A stretch of 64,000 nt of DNA from Candidatus Poribacteria bacterium (GCA_965218095.1 OZ244587.1:4800001-4864000), one strand, 5' to 3'. Shown: positions 50,923-61,438, counted from the first letter of the stretch. Made by a program: numbers and translations. Notes: generated from the sequence alone by a model not told the origin.

Positions 50923-51112
50923 AAAATCGTCTCACACATCACAATAGCAAAGGAGAAATTAACAATGAGAAGGTTAGCTTGCAGTTTGCTAGTTTGGATT
51001 GGCTTCCGTTGCGTGGCGGAACTGACAACAGATGAATAACACAGTACCTGTCTTAACGAGGCTACATCGTCCTATCAGGCTAATTGAGGCAACAAGGAGA
51101 GATTAATAATTC

Positions 51113-52759
51113 ATGAGACACATATCACTGACAATCCTAACACTCGCTTTCGTCGCAGTGTTGATTCCACCTTATGCAACACTTGCTGAAAATGAGGCGG
51201 AAGAAGTGTATTGGAACCAGTTTCGTGGCCCAAACGGAGACGGCAAAACGCTTGCGATAGATCTCCCAGTCAAATTTAGCGAAACACAGAATATACGCTG
51301 GAAAACGGCGATTTGCGACAAGGGGTGGTCGTCGCCAGTCGTTTGGGGTGACCAGATTTGGCTGACGACAGGGCGTGAAGATGGTACGGAACTGTTTGCC
51401 ATTTGTGTGGACAAAGACAGTGGGAAAATCATACATGACATCAAGGTATTCGATGTGGCGCAGCCGCAGTTAGAACATCCAGGCCTGAACAGCCACGCCA
51501 CACCCACCCCTATTGTAGAAAAGGATCGCGTCTATGTTCACTTTGGAACCTACGGCACAGCCTGTCTAGATAGGGAAAGTGGGGAGAAACTCTGGGAGCG
51601 TCGAGACCTAAACACCGATCACCGAGTACGTCCCGCATCCTCACCCATTATTGAGGGCGATTCACTCTTTCTCACTTTTGACGGGGTTGATATTCAGTTT
51701 GTTGTAGCACTCAACAAGAACACCGGCGAAACCCTCTGGCTGCGGGACCGGGATGTGGATTCAGATATGGCAGCCATGCTCAAGGCGGAAGGCTTCTCCG
51801 ATGCCGATATTGAAGAGACCCAAAAGGAAAAACCGAATGACAACAAGAAGTCTTACGCAACGCCAACAATCATTGAGTATCAAGGGAAGCAGCAGCTCAT
51901 TAGCCCGGCGGCTGGTGCTACAATCTCGTATGACCCAGAGACCGGCGGCGAACTCTGGCGTGTTCGCCATCGTGGCATGGGCTTTAACGTAGCGTGCCGT
52001 CCAATCTTTGAACACAATCTCATTTATCTCACGACCGGCGTGGCAAAACGACTGTTGGCAATCCGCCCTTCAGGAACGGGTGATGTAACGGATACACATG
52101 TTGCTTGGAGTGCTCGCAGGGGGACTCCCGAAATACCGTCACCACTAATTGTGGACGACCTGATGTTCATGGTCACTGAAGGGGGTGTCGTATCTTGTCT
52201 GGAGGCGAAAAGTGGGAATGAGGTTTGGAAAAGACGGCTCGACGGTGATTACTGGGCATCACCTCTGTACGCCGACGGAAAAATCTACTTTTTTAGCCAA
52301 GAGGGAAACGTGTCAGTGATTTCAGCGGGACGAGAATTTGAACTACTTGCCGAAAACGAGTTCGACGAAGGTTTCATCGCATCTCCGGCAATCGCTGGCA
52401 ATACCATAATCGTGCGTTCTCTGACACATCTCTATTGCTTCGCCAAGGGTTACGAGATGGCACCACAACCAGAAATCGTGAGTAAGCCGAGAGCATCAAA
52501 GCCGAAAAAAAAGGTGTCCAAACCGCTGTCGGAACTTCCACTCAATATCACAGGATACTATATGGGCGAGACTCGTAACGACAGCGTTTTTGAGGCAACG
52601 TTTCTCATTGAATTCCCAGATCTTGACAAAGATGATTGGCCCACGGTCACCTTCACTGGCGAGCAATTCCGAGCTGCCTTTGCGAACCTGACGCAGTACC
52701 ATCGTGTCACACTCAATCTAACTGAAGGTGCAAAGGGAGGTAAAGGTCGCAGTAAATAA
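51113..52759 (+). CDS. PQQ-binding-like beta-propeller (BamB-like) secreted protein
   Basis: WNQFRGPNGDG, GWSSPVVWG, NSHATPTP, ASSPII repeats. Confidence 0.9.
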   Translation: MRHISLTILTLAFVAVLIPPYATLAENEAEEVYWNQFRGPNGDGKTLAIDLPVKFSETQNIRWKTAICDKGWSSPVVWGDQIWLTTGREDGTELFAICVDKDSGKIIHDIKVFDVAQPQLEHPGLNSHATPTPIVEKDRVYVHFGTYGTACLDRESGEKLWERRDLNTDHRVRPASSPIIEGDSLFLTFDGVDIQFVVALNKNTGETLWLRDRDVDSDMAAMLKAEGFSDADIEETQKEKPNDNKKSYATPTIIEYQGKQQLISPAAGATISYDPETGGELWRVRHRGMGFNVACRPIFEHNLIYLTTGVAKRLLAIRPSGTGDVTDTHVAWSARRGTPEIPSPLIVDDLMFMVTEGGVVSCLEAKSGNEVWKRRLDGDYWASPLYADGKIYFFSQEGNVSVISAGREFELLAENEFDEGFIASPAIAGNTIIVRSLTHLYCFAKGYEMAPQPEIVSKPRASKPKKKVSKPLSELPLNITGYYMGETRNDSVFEATFLIEFPDLDKDDWPTVTFTGEQFRAAFANLTQYHRVTLNLTEGAKGGKGRSK

Positions 52760-52770
52760 GGCTGGCTATA

Positions 52771-53395
52771 TCAGTGGATATCAATTCCATTTTCCGCAGC
52801 GATTCCGCGAACATTTGCGTTCGCAAGGGGAATCTTTCCCATCGGCAGATGTTCAATCAGACCGTATCCATCCGGATAGAACTCATCAAACCTTCTGAGT
52901 GCCTGCGCGAGATCTAACTCGCCCTCACCGGGCATCTCCTCATTAATGTGAAGGACCAAGCCGTTTGTCACCTTGATGTCTTTGACATGCGCCACAGGGG
53001 CGATTGGTCCCATTACATCAAAGATATGGTTCAACCAATCGGTGCTATTATAAACCTGCTGAAGCGTCTGAAAATGGTTGACAAAGTCCATAACGATGTG
53101 CAGGCTATCTAAGCCGACGGCATCAACAACCGCCTTGCATGTTTCGGGCGAGTCCATTATCGAAACGGCATGGGTCTCGACAATAATGGTCACACCTTCC
53201 GCATCCGCCTTCTGAGCAATTGGCGTTAATGTCTCGATTAAACGTTCCATACTTTCATGCAGGTGGTTATCCCGGTGCGACGTCCATGACCCATCGGGAT
53301 TCAGGCTTCCGGGACGGATGAGGTAGCTATGTACGTTGATCTGCCGCGCAATCTCTGCGCCTCGATTAATCCTTCTGATGATCGACTCCCTGACA
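52771..53395 (-). pseudogene. Sugar phosphate isomerase/epimerase (xylose isomerase-like TIM barrel), 5'-truncated
   Basis: IIVETH, MDFVNH, AHVKD, GEGELD, LIEH; N-terminus replaced by the antisense of an unrelated fragment. Confidence 0.75.
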
Positions 53396-53399
53396 GCAA

Positions 53400-53794
53400 G
53401 AAGCTGTAAGATAGATCTGAAGCTCAAGGGAAATAATAAACACTTTCTTACAAAAGTGCTTGAAAGAAGGGGGTGGGTGATATATAATGTTTTCAGTACC
53501 CAATACAAGGTTAGATGGCTGGGCAAAGTGCAAGTCAAAGGCAGGCAAGATGCGTTTTCGGTGTTTGAAGTCTCCGATGGGGCCCCGGAGGAGATAGCAG
53601 CAGTCAAGATGAAGACCAGAGAAGACTTTGAAAGGGGCCTGACCTACTATAATGACAACAAATCTGCTGAGGCAAGTGTGTGTTTCAATAACGTACTAAA
53701 GAGCGACCCGGAAGATAAGGCCGCTCGGCTTTATCTAGAGCGTACGGCTCATTTTAAAGCAAACCGCGCACCATCCCACCGTCCACCGACATGA
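53400..53794 (+). pseudogene. Adenylate/guanylate cyclase C-terminal (TPR-tail) fragment
   Basis: YKVRWLGKVQVKGRQDAFSVFEV...FERGLTYY...DPEDKAARLYLER. Confidence 0.7.
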
Positions 53795-54545
53795 CTTGTC
53801 CCGTGATGTCACCAGCACGGTCGCTGCAGAGAAAAGCAACCAGCGCTGCCAACTCCTCCGCTTCGCCAATCCGACCGACAGCAGTCACTTCAGCCGTTTC
53901 TGATTCGACTTCCGCGATGGTCCTGTTCTGTCCTTCCGCCGCCTGGCGTATCAATTTTTCGCCGAGCGGTGTCCGAAATGGGCCGGGGCAAACGGTATTG
54001 ACCAGGATGCCTGACCGTCCAAACTCGTTGGCAAGCGACTTGCTCAACGCCGCTACTCCCGCTCGAAAAACGCTGGAGATAAGGTAGGGTGTCCCCGGTT
54101 CTCTGACAGCGATACTGGTGATGTGAACGATACGCCCCCATCCCGCCTCTTCCATATAAGGAGCGACCAGACGGCAGAGCCGAATAACGGGGAGCAAAAC
54201 GCCCTCATAGCCATGCTGCCAGTCATCCTCGTTGAGATCGGAGAACGCGCCCATTTGTGGATGCCCAACGTTGGTGACGAGGGCGTGAACGCTTGCGAAC
54301 GCTTCAATGGCCTTCTCCACCAGCCGCTTGATGTCCTCTCCCTTTGTGAGATCGCAAACGACGGGCAATACCCGCGTGCCAGTTTCGCTGCTTATCGCTT
54401 GCGCCGCCTCATTGAGTGCTTGTTCGTTCCGTGCACAGATAACTACGTTTACGCCTTCACGAGCCAATGCGGTTGCGCACGCCCTGCCCAATCCCTTGCT
54501 CGCCGCACCAACGATGGCGACTTTTCCATCCAATCCAAAGTCCAT
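53754..54545 (-). CDS. SDR family oxidoreductase
   Basis: GAASKGLG, VNTVCPG, ITGQVMSVDGG. Confidence 0.92.
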   Translation of the reverse strand: MDFGLDGKVAIVGAASKGLGRACATALAREGVNVVICARNEQALNEAAQAISSETGTRVLPVVCDLTKGEDIKRLVEKAIEAFASVHALVTNVGHPQMGAFSDLNEDDWQHGYEGVLLPVIRLCRLVAPYMEEAGWGRIVHITSIAVREPGTPYLISSVFRAGVAALSKSLANEFGRSGILVNTVCPGPFRTPLGEKLIRQAAEGQNRTIAEVESETAEVTAVGRIGEAEELAALVAFLCSDRAGDITGQVMSVDGGMVRGLL

Positions 54546-54661
54546 TGATGTGTCCTCCCTGGTATTTTTTGGTTTTTACTTACTCAGCGAATCCTGACAT
54601 CTATGCGAAATGGCGCTTGATGAGAAATACCTTCCTCCCTCTCTATTGGGTAAATATCCAA

Positions 54662-54690
54662 ATTGTAATCTTAGCCACATCTTTTGTCAA
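54662..54690 (-). promoter_or_regulatory. Sigma70 promoter for the SDR gene
   Basis: TTGACA-N17-TACAAT on the minus strand. Confidence 0.65.
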
Positions 54691-54712
54691 TCAATTTCCG
54701 TCCAATTTCTTG

Positions 54713-54741
54713 TTGACGGTTTCTAGCGTCTGTGGTATAGT
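54713..54741 (+). promoter_or_regulatory. Sigma70 promoter for glpK
   Basis: TTGACG-N17-TATAGT with extended -10 TG. Confidence 0.65.
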
Positions 54742-54819
54742 GTCAGGACTTCACATTGGTGCGAAAAGCAATACTGTCCTTCACATATTTCTACTATGTC
54801 TGTCCAGGGAGCGGACAAC

Positions 54820-56307
54820 ATGGCAAATCCTCCTTATATCCTTTCTATAGATCAAGGCACGACTGGCTCAACGGTGTTACTCATTGACGCACACGGGGAG
54901 ATTACAGCGCACGGCTACCGTGAATTCACACAGCACTATCCACGCCCCGGCTGGGTCGAACATGATCCAATCGAGATCTGGGAAGTGACCCATCAAGTTA
55001 TCGCAGATCTGGTTAACGCACAGGGTATCGCTGATCAGATCGCGGCGATCGGCGTGACGAATCAGCGGGAAACGACGGTGGTGTGGGAGCGCAGCACAGG
55101 GCGACCGATTCACCGTGCAATCGTGTGGCAGTGCCGTCGAACAGCGGACATCTGCGCCGATCTGAAGGAGCGCGGGATGGAAGAGCTCGTGCGTGCGAAA
55201 ACAGGCCTGGTCCTCGACCCGTACTTTTCGGCGACGAAGATTGCGTGGATTCTGGATGGGATCGAGGGGGCGCGTAAGTGGACTGAACGCGGCGAACTCG
55301 CTTTCGGTACGATCGACACTTGGCTGCTGTGGAACCTGACAGGCGGCGAAGTTCACGCGACAGACTACACAAACGCCTCCCGAACGATGCTGTTCAACAT
55401 TGATACGCTTTCGTGGGATGATGAGTTGTTGGAGGTGTTCCACGTGCCTGCATCCGTTTTACCAGAAATGCAGGCTTCAGGGGGCGTTTTCGGAGAAACG
55501 AAAAATATCAACCCTTTACCTGATGGTATCCCAATCGCTGGAATCGCTGGAGACCAGCATGCTGCATTATTCGGGCAGCTTTGCACGCAAGCTGGTATGG
55601 CGAAGAACACCTACGGCACAGGCTGTTTCTTGATGCTCAACACCGGAGAGCAGCGAGTTGATTCAAAATCTGGATTGTTGACTACATTAGGGTGCAGTCT
55701 CGATGAAAAGCCGGTCTACACGCTGGAAGGCAGTGTATTTATCGCAGGGGCGGCGGTGCAGTGGCTCAAGGATGGCTTGCAGATTATCGACTCTGCGGCA
55801 GAAACCGAAGAAATCGCCATCAGCGTCCCGGATTCGGGCAGTGTCTTCGTTGTCCCAGCTTTTACGGGGCTTGGCGCACCGTATTGGGACGCAAACGCGC
55901 AGGGGGCAATTCTCGGTTTGACACGCGGCATAACCCGTGCACACATCGTCCGAGCGACGTTGGAATCGATAGCGTTTCAAACGGCTGATGTCGTCACAGC
56001 GATGTGCACCGACACAGGGATCGAACTGGATCGGCTGCGCGTTGATGGTGGTGCGGTTGTAAACAATTTCCTGATGCAGTTTCAAGCAGACGTGTTGGGC
56101 GTTGAGGTGGAACGCCCAACGCGAATCGAAACGACAGGACTTGGGGCAGGATACCTAGCGGGACTGACCGTTGGTGTGTGGAATAATATTTACGAGTTGG
56201 AATCACATCGGAAAATCGAGGTCGTTTTCTCATCACAGATCGACGCCGATCAACGAAAAGAAAAACTCGAAGGCTGGAAGAATGCAGTTCGGAGGGTGAT
56301 GAGCTAA
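54820..56307 (+). CDS. glpK: Glycerol kinase
   Basis: IDQGTTGS, TNQRETT, DPYFSATK, TDYTNASRT, AGDQ, KNTYGTGCF. Confidence 0.96.
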   Translation: MANPPYILSIDQGTTGSTVLLIDAHGEITAHGYREFTQHYPRPGWVEHDPIEIWEVTHQVIADLVNAQGIADQIAAIGVTNQRETTVVWERSTGRPIHRAIVWQCRRTADICADLKERGMEELVRAKTGLVLDPYFSATKIAWILDGIEGARKWTERGELAFGTIDTWLLWNLTGGEVHATDYTNASRTMLFNIDTLSWDDELLEVFHVPASVLPEMQASGGVFGETKNINPLPDGIPIAGIAGDQHAALFGQLCTQAGMAKNTYGTGCFLMLNTGEQRVDSKSGLLTTLGCSLDEKPVYTLEGSVFIAGAAVQWLKDGLQIIDSAAETEEIAISVPDSGSVFVVPAFTGLGAPYWDANAQGAILGLTRGITRAHIVRATLESIAFQTADVVTAMCTDTGIELDRLRVDGGAVVNNFLMQFQADVLGVEVERPTRIETTGLGAGYLAGLTVGVWNNIYELESHRKIEVVFSSQIDADQRKEKLEGWKNAVRRVMS

Positions 56308-56308
56308 C

Positions 56309-57997
56309 ATGCGTTTACAGTGGAAGTACGCATTGATTATCAATTTGTCTGTTTTGACCATTTTGGTGGCTTTTTATGCCCTGGATGAGATTAAGGCACG
56401 GAAGGATCTGAAGGATATTCACATTCAGAACGTGGAAAATGGCGCGATTTTCAGAAATATTGTGGAAAAAGTTCTTTGGCGTGTCGTAGATCAAATTGAA
56501 CGGGACAGTACATTTAATCGAGACAAAATCGAGAATGAACTTCGCAGCCTGAAAGCGCAAAATTCTGATGAGATGGGGCGCGTTGTAGATATTCATGTTA
56601 CACTCGGACGAGATGCCAGGATTCAGGCAAGCCTTAACCAGGAGTTACTGTTCAGTATTGATTTGACAGCCCTAAATCGTCCAGGCAATGGCGGCAGTAT
56701 CCTGGATATTTTGCGGCCGGAGTTTGAAAACAACAGCGTCTCACTTTCTGAGAATGCCACAATTAAGCCGAAGGATGGTATATGGCTGATTAAGGATCAT
56801 AAAAAGACTTATTCTGTCGAAAAAGAGGGAAATCGACTCAATGTTTACGTTCCGAAAGACTACTATATCAATTTTACCGGGTACGATCTTTTTGAGGTAG
56901 AACGGCATGGCGTACAGGTATATAATCTTGTCGAAAGCGAAAACGGCAAATACGCGACGGAAATGATCATCGACTACCAAACCGGTGTCATTGTCGATTC
57001 GCGGATCACAGGCTTTATTCAAGTCCTTTTTGAAGCCCCTGACATTGCCAAACATATCAATGACCTGCGTCTGATGCACCTTATTTACGTTATCGTCGTA
57101 AGTGTCTTGCTGGTCATCATTATCGATATGACCACGACCCGCCTCATTATGCGGCCCCTTGAACGTATGATGGAAATTATCAAACGTGCAGAAGCCGGCG
57201 ACTCCGAGTCTCTGCCGCAGTCCTACTCATCGGGCGAAATGGGGCGTGTCACCTACAGTCTTGTGAGAATGTTAAAGCAATTGACTGAAGCGCACTCCAA
57301 GCGGATTGCCGCACTCGGACAGTTGGCGGCGGGCGTCGCCCATGAAATCCGCAACCCCCTCAACACTATCGGGATGACGGCTCAACATCTGAAAGATCTC
57401 TTTTCACAGAAGGACGTTAAGCCGGCGGACATCAAAGAGGCTCAAGATCTCCTAGAGATTGTGAATTATGAAATCGAACACTTGAAACGGATCTCTGAGC
57501 AGTTTGTGACCTTGAATCGTCCGAAAGCACTCGACATAGAATCGACTAATCTCAGCGCGCTCCTGGATCAAGTGATTCCGGAATTTACGCTCATGATGGA
57601 GGATGCCAAAGTCGAGGTTATCAGAAATTATGCAGCGAATCTGCCGTTGCTCCAACTCGATAGCGGGTTAATTCGGCAGGCAATCTTCAATCTGATACAG
57701 AACAGCATTCAAGCCATGGCCAAGGGCGGCAGGATTTACATCACAACGAAGTTGGATCAGATGATGGTTGGTGAAGGCGTCGCGCTGGAAATTCGTGACA
57801 CCGGTATTGGGATTCCGGCGGAGATCCAAGAACGTATCTTCGATGCTTACTTCACGACGAAGGAGAGTGAAGGCGGGATGGGACTTGGGCTTGCAATCGC
57901 GCACCAGATTATTACGGCGCACCAGGGAAGGATTGAACTCAGGAGCCAGGTCGGAATGGGAACGGCATTTAAGATCTACTTCCCCATCCCCGATTAA
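56309..57997 (+). CDS. Membrane sensor histidine kinase (HAMP, HisKA, HATPase)
   Basis: AHEIRNPL H-box, NLIQNS, DTGIGI, GMGLGL; two TM helices. Confidence 0.93.
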   Translation: MRLQWKYALIINLSVLTILVAFYALDEIKARKDLKDIHIQNVENGAIFRNIVEKVLWRVVDQIERDSTFNRDKIENELRSLKAQNSDEMGRVVDIHVTLGRDARIQASLNQELLFSIDLTALNRPGNGGSILDILRPEFENNSVSLSENATIKPKDGIWLIKDHKKTYSVEKEGNRLNVYVPKDYYINFTGYDLFEVERHGVQVYNLVESENGKYATEMIIDYQTGVIVDSRITGFIQVLFEAPDIAKHINDLRLMHLIYVIVVSVLLVIIIDMTTTRLIMRPLERMMEIIKRAEAGDSESLPQSYSSGEMGRVTYSLVRMLKQLTEAHSKRIAALGQLAAGVAHEIRNPLNTIGMTAQHLKDLFSQKDVKPADIKEAQDLLEIVNYEIEHLKRISEQFVTLNRPKALDIESTNLSALLDQVIPEFTLMMEDAKVEVIRNYAANLPLLQLDSGLIRQAIFNLIQNSIQAMAKGGRIYITTKLDQMMVGEGVALEIRDTGIGIPAEIQERIFDAYFTTKESEGGMGLGLAIAHQIITAHQGRIELRSQVGMGTAFKIYFPIPD

Positions 57998-58087
57998 GCG
58001 AATCGGCAAAATCTGTGAATCACGCAATACGTTTCAGATAAGAACTTCCAGGGTAACGAAAGAATCAATTGAATGGAGGGAATGTGC

Positions 58088-59482
58088 ATGCCATCAATAC
58101 TGATTGTTGATGATGACCGGGGGCAGAGAACCGTTTTGCAGACGATATTGAAGCGTGAAGGATATGACATAGAGACGGCTGAAAACGGCATTCGCGCCCT
58201 CGAAAAAATTGAAGAAAAGATGTTTGATGTGGTTGTCAGCGATATGCGGATGGCTCAGATGTCAGGGCGTGACCTGCTTCATGAAATCAAAAAGCGGGAT
58301 GCAGATCTCCCCATGCTGATCGTTACGGCTTACGCCGAGGTGAACGACGCCGTTGATCTCGTAGCACGCGAAGGAGCGTTTTACTATCTCGAAAAGCCGA
58401 TCCGGATTGATGTCCTCAAAAAAGAGATTAAACGCGCACTCGAAATGCGGCGTGGCTTCACAGGCGATGAAAACAGCGACGAGGCGCCGGCGCCAGAAAT
58501 TCATTTCGAGCGGATTATCGGCCAAAGTGAGCGTATGCGCCAACTGTTCAAAACCATGTCTCGAATCATTCATCGCGGCGTAAATCAGGTCCTCATCACC
58601 GGTGAAACAGGCACGGGGAAAGGCCTGGTTGCGAAAGCAATTCATGACTACGGGGAACGTAAAGACAAGCTATTCTTGCCGGTTAACTGCAGCGCTGTGC
58701 CCGATACGCTGATTGAAAGCGAACTTTTTGGACATGAAAAAGGTGCGTTTACGGACGCTTATCGCCAGAAAGCTGGCGTGTTTGAGGCGGCAAATGGCGG
58801 GACAGTCTTCCTCGATGAGATCGGCGATATTTCTGTACACATGCAGAGCAAACTCCTCCACATCTTACAAGAACGTGAGATCATGCGCGTTGGGGGGGTA
58901 AAGCAGATTAAAGTTGATGTCTGCGTCATTGCGGCAACCAACAAAGATCTGAAAACGACTGTAGAAGAGGAAACTTTCCGCGAAGACCTCTACTTCCGCT
59001 TAAACGTCATTCCGCTTCACATTCCGCCACTCAGGGAGCGAATAGATGATATTCCGTGCTTGATCGATTTCTTGCTCCAAAAGTTCAGCGAAGAATACCC
59101 CGACGCGGAGCCGAAGCGCGTGACACCAAGGGCGATGTCTGCACTCCGGCGATACGAGTGGCCGGGGAATGTGCGTCAGCTTGAGAATTATCTCCACAGA
59201 ACCTTTGTGCTTTCCGAGGGTGAAGTGATAGACCTGGAAGATCTCCCGCCTGAAGTTTCGGACAGCTCATTGCCGCCAGGGGATTTTCATGTTGAGATTC
59301 CAGCGGATGGGGTTGCCCTTGAAGAGATCGTGAAGGAATACATTCGAGTTGCCTTAACCCAAACCAATGGCAACCAAACAAAAGCCGCCGAACTTTTGGG
59401 GATTTCACGTCGGCGGTTTCAGAATCGAATGCAGAATTATGGGTTTAGTAGCCAGGATTTCAAGAATAAGAATCCGCAATAA
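58088..59482 (+). CDS. Sigma-54-dependent response regulator (NtrC/AtoC family)
   Basis: Receiver (IVDDD, SDMRM), GETGTGK, ESELFGHEKGAFTDA, WPGNVRQL, Fis-type HTH. Confidence 0.93.
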   Translation: MPSILIVDDDRGQRTVLQTILKREGYDIETAENGIRALEKIEEKMFDVVVSDMRMAQMSGRDLLHEIKKRDADLPMLIVTAYAEVNDAVDLVAREGAFYYLEKPIRIDVLKKEIKRALEMRRGFTGDENSDEAPAPEIHFERIIGQSERMRQLFKTMSRIIHRGVNQVLITGETGTGKGLVAKAIHDYGERKDKLFLPVNCSAVPDTLIESELFGHEKGAFTDAYRQKAGVFEAANGGTVFLDEIGDISVHMQSKLLHILQEREIMRVGGVKQIKVDVCVIAATNKDLKTTVEEETFREDLYFRLNVIPLHIPPLRERIDDIPCLIDFLLQKFSEEYPDAEPKRVTPRAMSALRRYEWPGNVRQLENYLHRTFVLSEGEVIDLEDLPPEVSDSSLPPGDFHVEIPADGVALEEIVKEYIRVALTQTNGNQTKAAELLGISRRRFQNRMQNYGFSSQDFKNKNPQ

Positions 59483-59526
59483 GTAGATTAAGGCTTGACA
59501 TTTCGCAATAAGTCGTAACACGCTTA

Positions 59527-59580
59527 TTTAACGCGGAGAACACAGAGAAGAATTAAAAAAACTCTGCGCCTCTGCGGTTA
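59527..59580. repeat. CGCAGAG-type inverted repeat element
   Basis: TTAACGCGGAGAACACAGAG ... CTCTGCGCCTCTGCGGTTAA. Confidence 0.55.
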
Positions 59581-59606
59581 ATTTAAGCCAGTAACTACTT
59601 ATTCCC

Positions 59607-59767
59607 AACACTTATACAAAGAGAGGCATCGGGTTGAATGTTTCATCAACAAGATAAAATGGTATCGTCGTATCTTCTCTCGGTTTGAGAAGCTAGCTGT
59701 CCGTTATTTTGGATTTCTCAGCTTTGTCTCCACTCTTATATGGCTCCCTTGAAATGTCAACAGACCC
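59607..59767 (+). mobile_element. Partial IS5 copy (3' end and TIR)
   Basis: Near-identical to the reverse complement of 46320-46480; ends AAATGTCAACAGACCC. Confidence 0.9.
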
Positions 59768-60099
59768 AAGAACGGATCATCTTAATGTCCACTGATGCGG
59801 GCGATATTGTCCTTGACCCGTTCTTGGGGACGGGAACAACGGCGGTTGCTGCAAAGCGTCTTGGACGGCACTTCGTCGGTTTTGAAATTGATGAAGTTTA
59901 CGCAACGATCGTCGATGCTAAAGTGAAACAACACGCATCAACCTCCCGGCTTGGAGGTGCATGGGTCAGTGTTTATTTAGACGAAATTATCACAATCCGC
60001 GACCGAGATTGGCAGACGTTACAATTAGAGTTTCACACCCCTGAGTCTGCCAAAGCAATTGATTATACGAAAATCTCGCTAAAAAAGAAGGGGCTTTGA
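59768..60099 (+). pseudogene. Site-specific DNA methyltransferase (N4/N6) C-terminal fragment
   Basis: ERIILMST..GDIVLDPFLGTGTTAVAAKRLGR.FVGFEID; 5' part replaced by the IS remnant. Confidence 0.85.
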
Positions 60100-60193
60100 A
60101 ATTGCAAATGTCCGGTAATAAGAGTTACCGAACTGCCCACGCCTTATCCCTCAGCGGTGCAGTGGATAACCTTGGGGGCCTGGAGGACTTCAG

Positions 60194-60790
60194 ATGAAGA
60201 AGAAAGTGAGTGTTAGAGATATGGTGTTAGGTGCAGGGATTATGCTGGTCGGTTTGGGGATAGGGGCTATTGTTTCACCCCCATTGATAGCACAAAGATA
60301 TGGCGTGTTTGGTGAGATTCAATGCACCAGACTTACGGTGGTCGATGAAAGTGGCAACAAAGCGATTGTCTTAGCAGGTGGAGATGGTGGGGAATACGAG
60401 GAAAACCATCTGAGTATCTATTATCCACAGGGCGAGGAAGGGATTCGATTAGGGTGCTTTGAACCCGGAACGAGCACGATACAAGGCTTTAATCGTAATC
60501 GTGGTGATGGGTTTGATTTGATTCACTACGCTACGGGGACCAACACATTGAGGCTTTGGAATAAGGAACTTGGTGGGACAGACAACCATCCGGCGATTGA
60601 GTTAGAATGCAACAAGAAAGAAAACAGGGTGTTTGTCAGGGATAGAAGATTTGAGTGGGGTAAGAGTTTTAGGACAAGGAAAAATATAGGAGCAGGCATG
60701 GCTATTGGCTTACACAGCCATCTTTGGGGCAATGAGATTTTTGTCGTTAATCCGCATACAGGCACAACGAGGACACTGGAGGATAGATGA
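60194..60790 (+). CDS. Secreted/membrane-anchored hypothetical protein
   Basis: SD GGAGG, N-terminal hydrophobic helix, FGEIQCTRLTVVD beta-rich segment. Confidence 0.65.
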   Translation: MKKKVSVRDMVLGAGIMLVGLGIGAIVSPPLIAQRYGVFGEIQCTRLTVVDESGNKAIVLAGGDGGEYEENHLSIYYPQGEEGIRLGCFEPGTSTIQGFNRNRGDGFDLIHYATGTNTLRLWNKELGGTDNHPAIELECNKKENRVFVRDRRFEWGKSFRTRKNIGAGMAIGLHSHLWGNEIFVVNPHTGTTRTLEDR

Positions 60791-60910
60791 TGAACGAATT
60801 AGTTACACAACAAACAGAGGTGTGGCTGGTGATACCCGATGAAACAGCGTCGTTGATCCAGTCAAGCATTGCAGAAAGCACGCTCAAGCGATACCAGAGA
60901 TTATCGGATA
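60787..60910 (+). pseudogene. Possible tyrosine recombinase N-terminal fragment
   Basis: SD GGAGG then LIQSSIAESTLKRYQR, resembling the start of Cre-like SAM domains; breaks off after about 40 aa. Confidence 0.35.
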
Positions 60911-60958
60911 TTTCTTTCAAGAGAAGTTTTCTCCTTCAAAAAAAACTGATATTGTGGT

Positions 60959-61153
60959 TTAACCTCCAATGTTTAGTTGCAGGACTGCTACATATTGAAT
61001 TGCCGCTTCAATTCTTCGTCCGTTGGCAAGTTCATGGGCGGGTCTAAAAAACGAATTGCAGTGAACAATAGCATAACCCAATGTAACGTGTGATTGAAGA
61101 AATTGTTGAAACGTATCTCGATCCGATGTCTCAATAACAATAATTGTGTCCAT
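60959..61153 (-). CDS. Small hypothetical protein
   Basis: 64-aa ORF with GAGG SD, abutting the MTase fragment. Confidence 0.4.
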   Translation of the reverse strand: MDTIIVIETSDRDTFQQFLQSHVTLGYAIVHCNSFFRPAHELANGRRIEAAIQYVAVLQLNIGG

Positions 61154-61422
61154 TAAATCAAACCTCGTCGCCCCAGCAGGGACGCTTCTAGGTTCGTGGT
61201 GCCGCTTCCCATGAACGGATCAAGGATCATATCCCACTTCTCTGAATACCGCTCAATGATCCATCGAGGCAGTTCAGGGAAAAACTTGGCGGGGTATTTG
61301 TGTATTCCGTGCGTCAATGCCCGCTGATCGCGACTGATGAACAAGAACTTATCGCCGTTTTTTATAGACAGCGAAACGGGAATATCCCCCTCTATCCTGA
61401 TTGATTCAGCAGAAAAATCCAT
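61153..61422 (-). pseudogene. DNA methyltransferase N-terminal fragment
   Basis: LTHGIHKYPAKFFPELPRWII...ILDPFMGSGTT; only 89 aa. Confidence 0.82.
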
Positions 61423-61438
61423 TTATATCTCCTCCTTT

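Noticed and set aside
53396-53607. N-terminal 70 aa of ORF 52771-53607
   Set aside because: It is the antisense of the adenylate cyclase fragment, not isomerase sequence.
59740-59767. ATG start of the 119-aa methyltransferase ORF
   Set aside because: The start lies inside the IS5 remnant, so the gene is a 5'-truncated fragment.
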